Shown here in pieces: positions 60,836 through 64,000 of a stretch of DNA of 64,000 nt. The stretch is from Escherichia phage AidaStucki_Bas93, in sequence record PQ850593.1, one strand, 5' to 3'. Positions within the stretch are counted from its first letter, which is position 1; every line of letters starts with the position of its first letter. The translations under genes and the position numbers were made by a program. The notes under the pieces are model-generated. The model had not been told where the DNA came from. It did not search any database and saw only the letters and a list, made by a program, of their open reading frames with translations.

Positions 60836-61132
60836 TTACTTGTCGGCTTCAATCTCTTGATGCTTAGCTATAGCTACTCTCAAGTCCTCATTAGCACGAG
60901 TAAGGCGTAATACTTCATGGTTGAGATTCTGAAGACGCTTGTTTCTATCTTCAACTTGCGTAATAAGATCATTAAGAGTTTCTTTAACTTTCTCACTATA
61001 CATCTCATCCACTCGGACTAGAGATTTGTACATTCTCTCCCAGCTTGCTGCTTTGTTCCTAAGGATAATAAATCCTATAACGCTGATAGTTAAACAGCTT
61101 ACAAAAAGGAATTTATATATCTCTAAAGTCAT
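60836..61132 (-). CDS. membrane-anchored coiled-coil protein
   Basis: 98 aa. N-terminal TM (FLFVSCLTISVIGFIIL) followed by a heptad-rich helix. Confidence 0.5.
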   Translation of the reverse strand: MTLEIYKFLFVSCLTISVIGFIILRNKAASWERMYKSLVRVDEMYSEKVKETLNDLITQVEDRNKRLQNLNHEVLRLTRANEDLRVAIAKHQEIEADK

Positions 61133-61331
61133 ATTATTTACCCTTTATCAGAGATTAAAAGTAATATTATTTAAGTAAGTTATATTTAGTAAACTTATTT
61201 TCTAAGAAATTTTCAAAGGGTCTATATACAGAGCATTACCCATAGTCCCAGAACACTACCATCTTTTTCAATAAATTTACTAAGTGGTTGGTTTATAAAG
61301 GAATTTAGTTTGTCAAATCTGGCACTAGAGA

Positions 61332-61721
61332 TTATTCCCTAGAGCTATTATCGAACACTAAATCACCACAATACATAGGATTGGCATACCATTTTGGCAC
61401 CCCTTCGCTCTTACTCTGAAAGTAAGTCCCACTATACAGCGGAACATAATTCTTCTTAAGGGCACGTTTAGCAAGTCGCTCGCTTTCTCCAATGGCTTGC
61501 TTAGTCATCGGATTTTTATCACGAATCAGCTTTACATAACGTTTATAAGGTTTCTCCTGTTTTAATAGTACCGGAATCCACTCAAACTGGTTCTTTTGTC
61601 TTATCACCTGTTCAGCGGTCAGTTTTCGTTGGGCCATTCTATTTATCACGGTATCCGCAACTAAAGCCTTACATGCGGTTGGCTGATTCCCTGCCTCATA
61701 ATAAATAGTCAATGTCAACAT
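61332..61721 (-). CDS. SleB-like cell wall hydrolase (Hydrolase_2 family)
   Basis: 129 aa. IYYEAGNQP...LVADTVINRM...QKNQFEW fits the family pattern. The ATG has no nearby SD; an AGGAGGT lies 25 nt upstream, so the start is uncertain. Confidence 0.55.
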   Translation of the reverse strand: MLTLTIYYEAGNQPTACKALVADTVINRMAQRKLTAEQVIRQKNQFEWIPVLLKQEKPYKRYVKLIRDKNPMTKQAIGESERLAKRALKKNYVPLYSGTYFQSKSEGVPKWYANPMYCGDLVFDNSSRE

Positions 61722-61770
61722 TAGCTGGGCCGTTGTTATCAGAACTTGCTACCTCCTGTTTTACGGGCAT

Positions 61771-61796
61771 AAAAAAGCCCCAGCCGTAGCCGGGGC
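61771..61796 (-). terminator. Rho-independent terminator
   Basis: On the - strand: gccccggc-tacg-gctggggc followed by tttttt. Confidence 0.75.
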
Positions 61797-61857
61797 AAAC
61801 CTGAAAGCAACGCATGACCATTGCTATAAATACACTCGCAAATGCACTTACAGCAAC

Positions 61858-61881
61858 GCAAAAAGCCGCTCAAAGGCGGCT
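61858..61881 (-). terminator. Rho-independent terminator (upstream member of a tandem pair)
   Basis: On the - strand: agccgc-ctttga-gcggct followed by ttttg. Confidence 0.55.
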
Positions 61882-61961
61882 ATGTGGAAGCTTCAAATGG
61901 GGAGAGGGCACGACGCGGCAGAAAGAGCGTCATAGTACTAAAAGAGGGGGCTGCATTCCTA

Positions 61962-62405
61962 CTACTTAACCCTTGCTTCTTTGATGGGGTCAATGTATTT
62001 TTCAACTCCCCACTTGCGTTTACTGTCAGCGTAGAAAACATCAGGTGCACACTGGCTTGTCTTAGGAAATGCTTGCGGGTCTTTCGTGCTACCTTTAAAC
62101 TTCTGTTTACCACGGGTGCGACCATTACAGAAGATCTCTAACTTCTTCTCTTCTTCTGTTTTAGCTCCACCGCTCCGTAATAAAGAGCGTTTATGATCGG
62201 CTAACAATAACGCATCAGCACGATGGACACGATGACCTAAACGTTTTGCCACACTGGAAGGAATAGGAGATTCAGCTTCAGCCTTTGCAGCACGACGTTT
62301 TAAACTACGCTTGCTAATGTGATTAGTTGCCTTTGGTTTCTCTTTCTCCAATTCAGAAATAGAAAAACAACGCCCGCCCTTCATGCTGATTTTAGATTTA
62401 GCCAT
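61962..62405 (-). CDS. basic hypothetical protein
   Basis: 147 aa. Lys/Arg-rich. Confidence 0.45.
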   Translation of the reverse strand: MAKSKISMKGGRCFSISELEKEKPKATNHISKRSLKRRAAKAEAESPIPSSVAKRLGHRVHRADALLLADHKRSLLRSGGAKTEEEKKLEIFCNGRTRGKQKFKGSTKDPQAFPKTSQCAPDVFYADSKRKWGVEKYIDPIKEARVK

Positions 62406-62474
62406 TATCTTATTCCTTTCAGTGATAAGTTATATCGGGCAAGCCCATCAAGGCGATAGGCTTGAACAAATAAC

Positions 62475-62684
62475 TCAACCAAGTAAACCAAATGATTTCC
62501 AACTACGCAGTAAGATCGTACCATCATCCATAGTTACGCATAATTTTAGTAGTCGCTTACTGGTACTGCTCACCGTTGTGATTCGTCCGGTTGTGCATTT
62601 ACCTTTATTGCTATAAAGATATATAACACGATGGCCTAACAAGCGGGAAGGAGCTTTCTTAAATTCTGAGATGTTAGTGATCAT
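62475..62684 (-). CDS. hypothetical protein
   Basis: 69 aa. Confidence 0.4.
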   Translation of the reverse strand: MITNISEFKKAPSRLLGHRVIYLYSNKGKCTTGRITTVSSTSKRLLKLCVTMDDGTILLRSWKSFGLLG

Positions 62685-62902
62685 TATCCATATACCTTAA
62701 CATGATTGATTCGACGTGAATGATGATAAGAAGACTCAACAGCCATTGCCTTTAATTCTTCTTTTCGTTGGTTAGTGTGTACAATATCCCAATGATTATG
62801 ATCGTGTTGGCGCTGTAATATCTTACTACATTTGCGATGGTTTCCCGTGCTGCGACGTTTCTCACAAATAGGACACTTGCCAAAATTATTACTGAATATC
62901 AT
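62684..62902 (-). CDS. small Zn-binding-like protein
   Basis: 72 aa. CPIC plus a His-rich region (HRKC, HDHNH). Confidence 0.4.
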   Translation of the reverse strand: MIFSNNFGKCPICEKRRSTGNHRKCSKILQRQHDHNHWDIVHTNQRKEELKAMAVESSYHHSRRINHVKVYG

Positions 62903-63117
62903 TTTCTCAATCCTAACTTTCTTAAGACACGGCCTAACGTTGTTTCTTGGGTGATAGTATACCTGACCGCTTCACGTTCCAACGTTTCAATCTTCATTGG
63001 CGACGGATACCATTCACCGGTAAGCATACACCTATACTCAACGCCATACTTTTTAGATAGGCGGTAATGTTGACCGTTGACAAGATTCCTATAAATCGTG
63101 GTATGCGTCGTTAACAT
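62899..63117 (-). CDS. hypothetical protein
   Basis: 72 aa from the ATG after aaggtg. Confidence 0.4.
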   Translation of the reverse strand: MLTTHTTIYRNLVNGQHYRLSKKYGVEYRCMLTGEWYPSPMKIETLEREAVRYTITQETTLGRVLRKLGLRK

Positions 63118-63171
63118 AATCGTCACCTTTGATTAGATTCTTTGATTAGTACACTGAATCAATGCACTGAT

Positions 63172-63207
63172 AAAAGAAAAGGCGCTACCCGTTAAAGATA
63201 GCGCCTT
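63172..63207 (-). terminator. Rho-independent terminator
   Basis: On the - strand: aaggcgcta-(11-nt loop)-tagcgcctt followed by ttcttttatc. Confidence 0.7.
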
Positions 63208-63229
63208 ATGTTTATTTAGATTGTCTTAC

Positions 63230-64000
63230 TTATGCCGCCTGACGTGCCGCCATAATTTCAGCCGCTTTGCGCAATACTTCTTCTTCTTCTGCTTTCGCCG
63301 CTTGTTCGGTACGGGTAGCAACCGTTGAAGAGATACGACCGCGCAGATTATCTAACTTCTCTTGCATAGCTGCGATGGTCTTTTCCATTTCATCAGCGTA
63401 TGAGTCCAGTGATTCTAGTTCCTTGCTCGATGCGTTCATCAGATAATCATCCGAGATCGCTACCGTCGAGGCCGTGACTTTCTTGATCAGTGAGTCAAAG
63501 GATTTTTTAACCTTCCCTACTTCTTCACTTAAGGCAATAGTGTTATCACTGGTAGCGCCGTTGCGCTCGTCAGCCAGCAATTTAGCTTCAATACGGATTG
63601 CATTCAAGCGGTCAACTAAAGCGTAAATATCCTGATTAAAATCTTCCTTGTTTTTCGCCGGGATTTGCAGGTGTGCCGCCACGTTGTCATTGCAACCTTT
63701 ATAGAAGTTAGGATTATCTACTTCAATTGCACGACCTAACGCAAAGTTTTCGAAAGCATTTGACCAGCGAGCGCGGTTTTGTTCCATTTTGGCCTTAATT
63801 TGCGCTTCTTTCGCATCTTCTTTCGCTTTCGCTTCACCTTCCAGATTAATCCATTTTTTACGACCGTTTGCCGCACCAGTATTAAACTTGATTGGAGTTA
63901 AGAAAGTAATTGCAGTGGCAATAACATCCATATCGCGGAAACGTTCAGTTAACAGAAAATCGACCGCCGCTTGCAATACATCTAACTTTTTACCGTTGCT
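63230..64000 (-). CDS. coiled-coil hypothetical protein, 5' end outside the window
   Basis: The frame stays open to base 64000 (SNGKKLDVLQAAVDF...). The track start at 63976 is a TTG. Ala/Glu/Lys-rich helical C-terminus. Confidence 0.5.
   Translation of the reverse strand, partial: SNGKKLDVLQAAVDFLLTERFRDMDVIATAITFLTPIKFNTGAANGRKKWINLEGEAKAKEDAKEAQIKAKMEQNRARWSNAFENFALGRAIEVDNPNFYKGCNDNVAAHLQIPAKNKEDFNQDIYALVDRLNAIRIEAKLLADERNGATSDNTIALSEEVGKVKKSFDSLIKKVTASTVAISDDYLMNASSKELESLDSYADEMEKTIAAMQEKLDNLRGRISSTVATRTEQAAKAEEEEVLRKAAEIMAARQAA

Noticed and set aside
61291-61316. A perfect TTGACA -35 hexamer on the - strand just after the hydrolase stop.
   Set aside because: The only TA-rich hexamers downstream sit 13-15 nt away (TATAAA, ATAAAC, TAAACC). 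That spacing and quality are too poor to call a promoter.
57539-61885. The 9-mer GGCTATGTG occurs next to three hairpins (57555-57563 region, 60819-60827 region and 61877-61885).
   Set aside because: Two of the three belong to the homologous element already reported. The third is on the opposite strand relative to transcription, so the triple occurrence is probably coincidental.

Overview
This window looks like about 64 kb of a lytic, tailed E. coli-type podophage resembling the phiEco32/SU10 group (Kuravirus-like). I infer that from gene content and from memory of the family, not from a database search. Bases 1-28.3 kb (+ strand) hold the late structural module: TerL, portal, scaffold, major capsid protein, Ig-like ORF, tail fibers, GH24 endolysin, Big_2-rich tail protein, SLT transglycosylase, internal virion proteins and a 1435-aa giant protein. 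A long bidirectional terminator at 28307-28337 separates it from the convergent - strand early/middle module (28.3-64 kb). That module carries three or four HNH endonucleases, FEN, a phage sigma factor, spanins and SSB. It also carries a T7-like family A DNA polymerase split by an apparent group I intron, with its 3'-5' exonuclease encoded 7 kb away. Further genes are PhoH, ThyX, thioredoxin, Dps, dCTP deaminase, a CCA-adding-type nucleotidyltransferase and a primase-helicase. A 9-kb cluster encodes GGCT, ATP-grasp, class II glutamine amidotransferase and two amidoligase types. The rest is an early region of tiny genes separated by long, structured, partly repeated intergenic RNAs. Six copies of TAATGTATA sit upstream of operons and match the single-element promoter I recall for the phiEco32 gp36 sigma. 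The observations I rate highest:
- a G GGA AAG -1 frameshift site that would fuse the capsid protein to Ig domains
- the polymerase intron, inserted in the O-helix tyrosine codon
- an ATT-initiated amidotransferase
- a non-canonical tRNA-like element inside a 20-bp inverted repeat
- a duplicated intergenic RNA element with compensatory base changes
- the amidoligase cluster, whose function is unresolved

I found no CRISPR array, integrase or rRNA.
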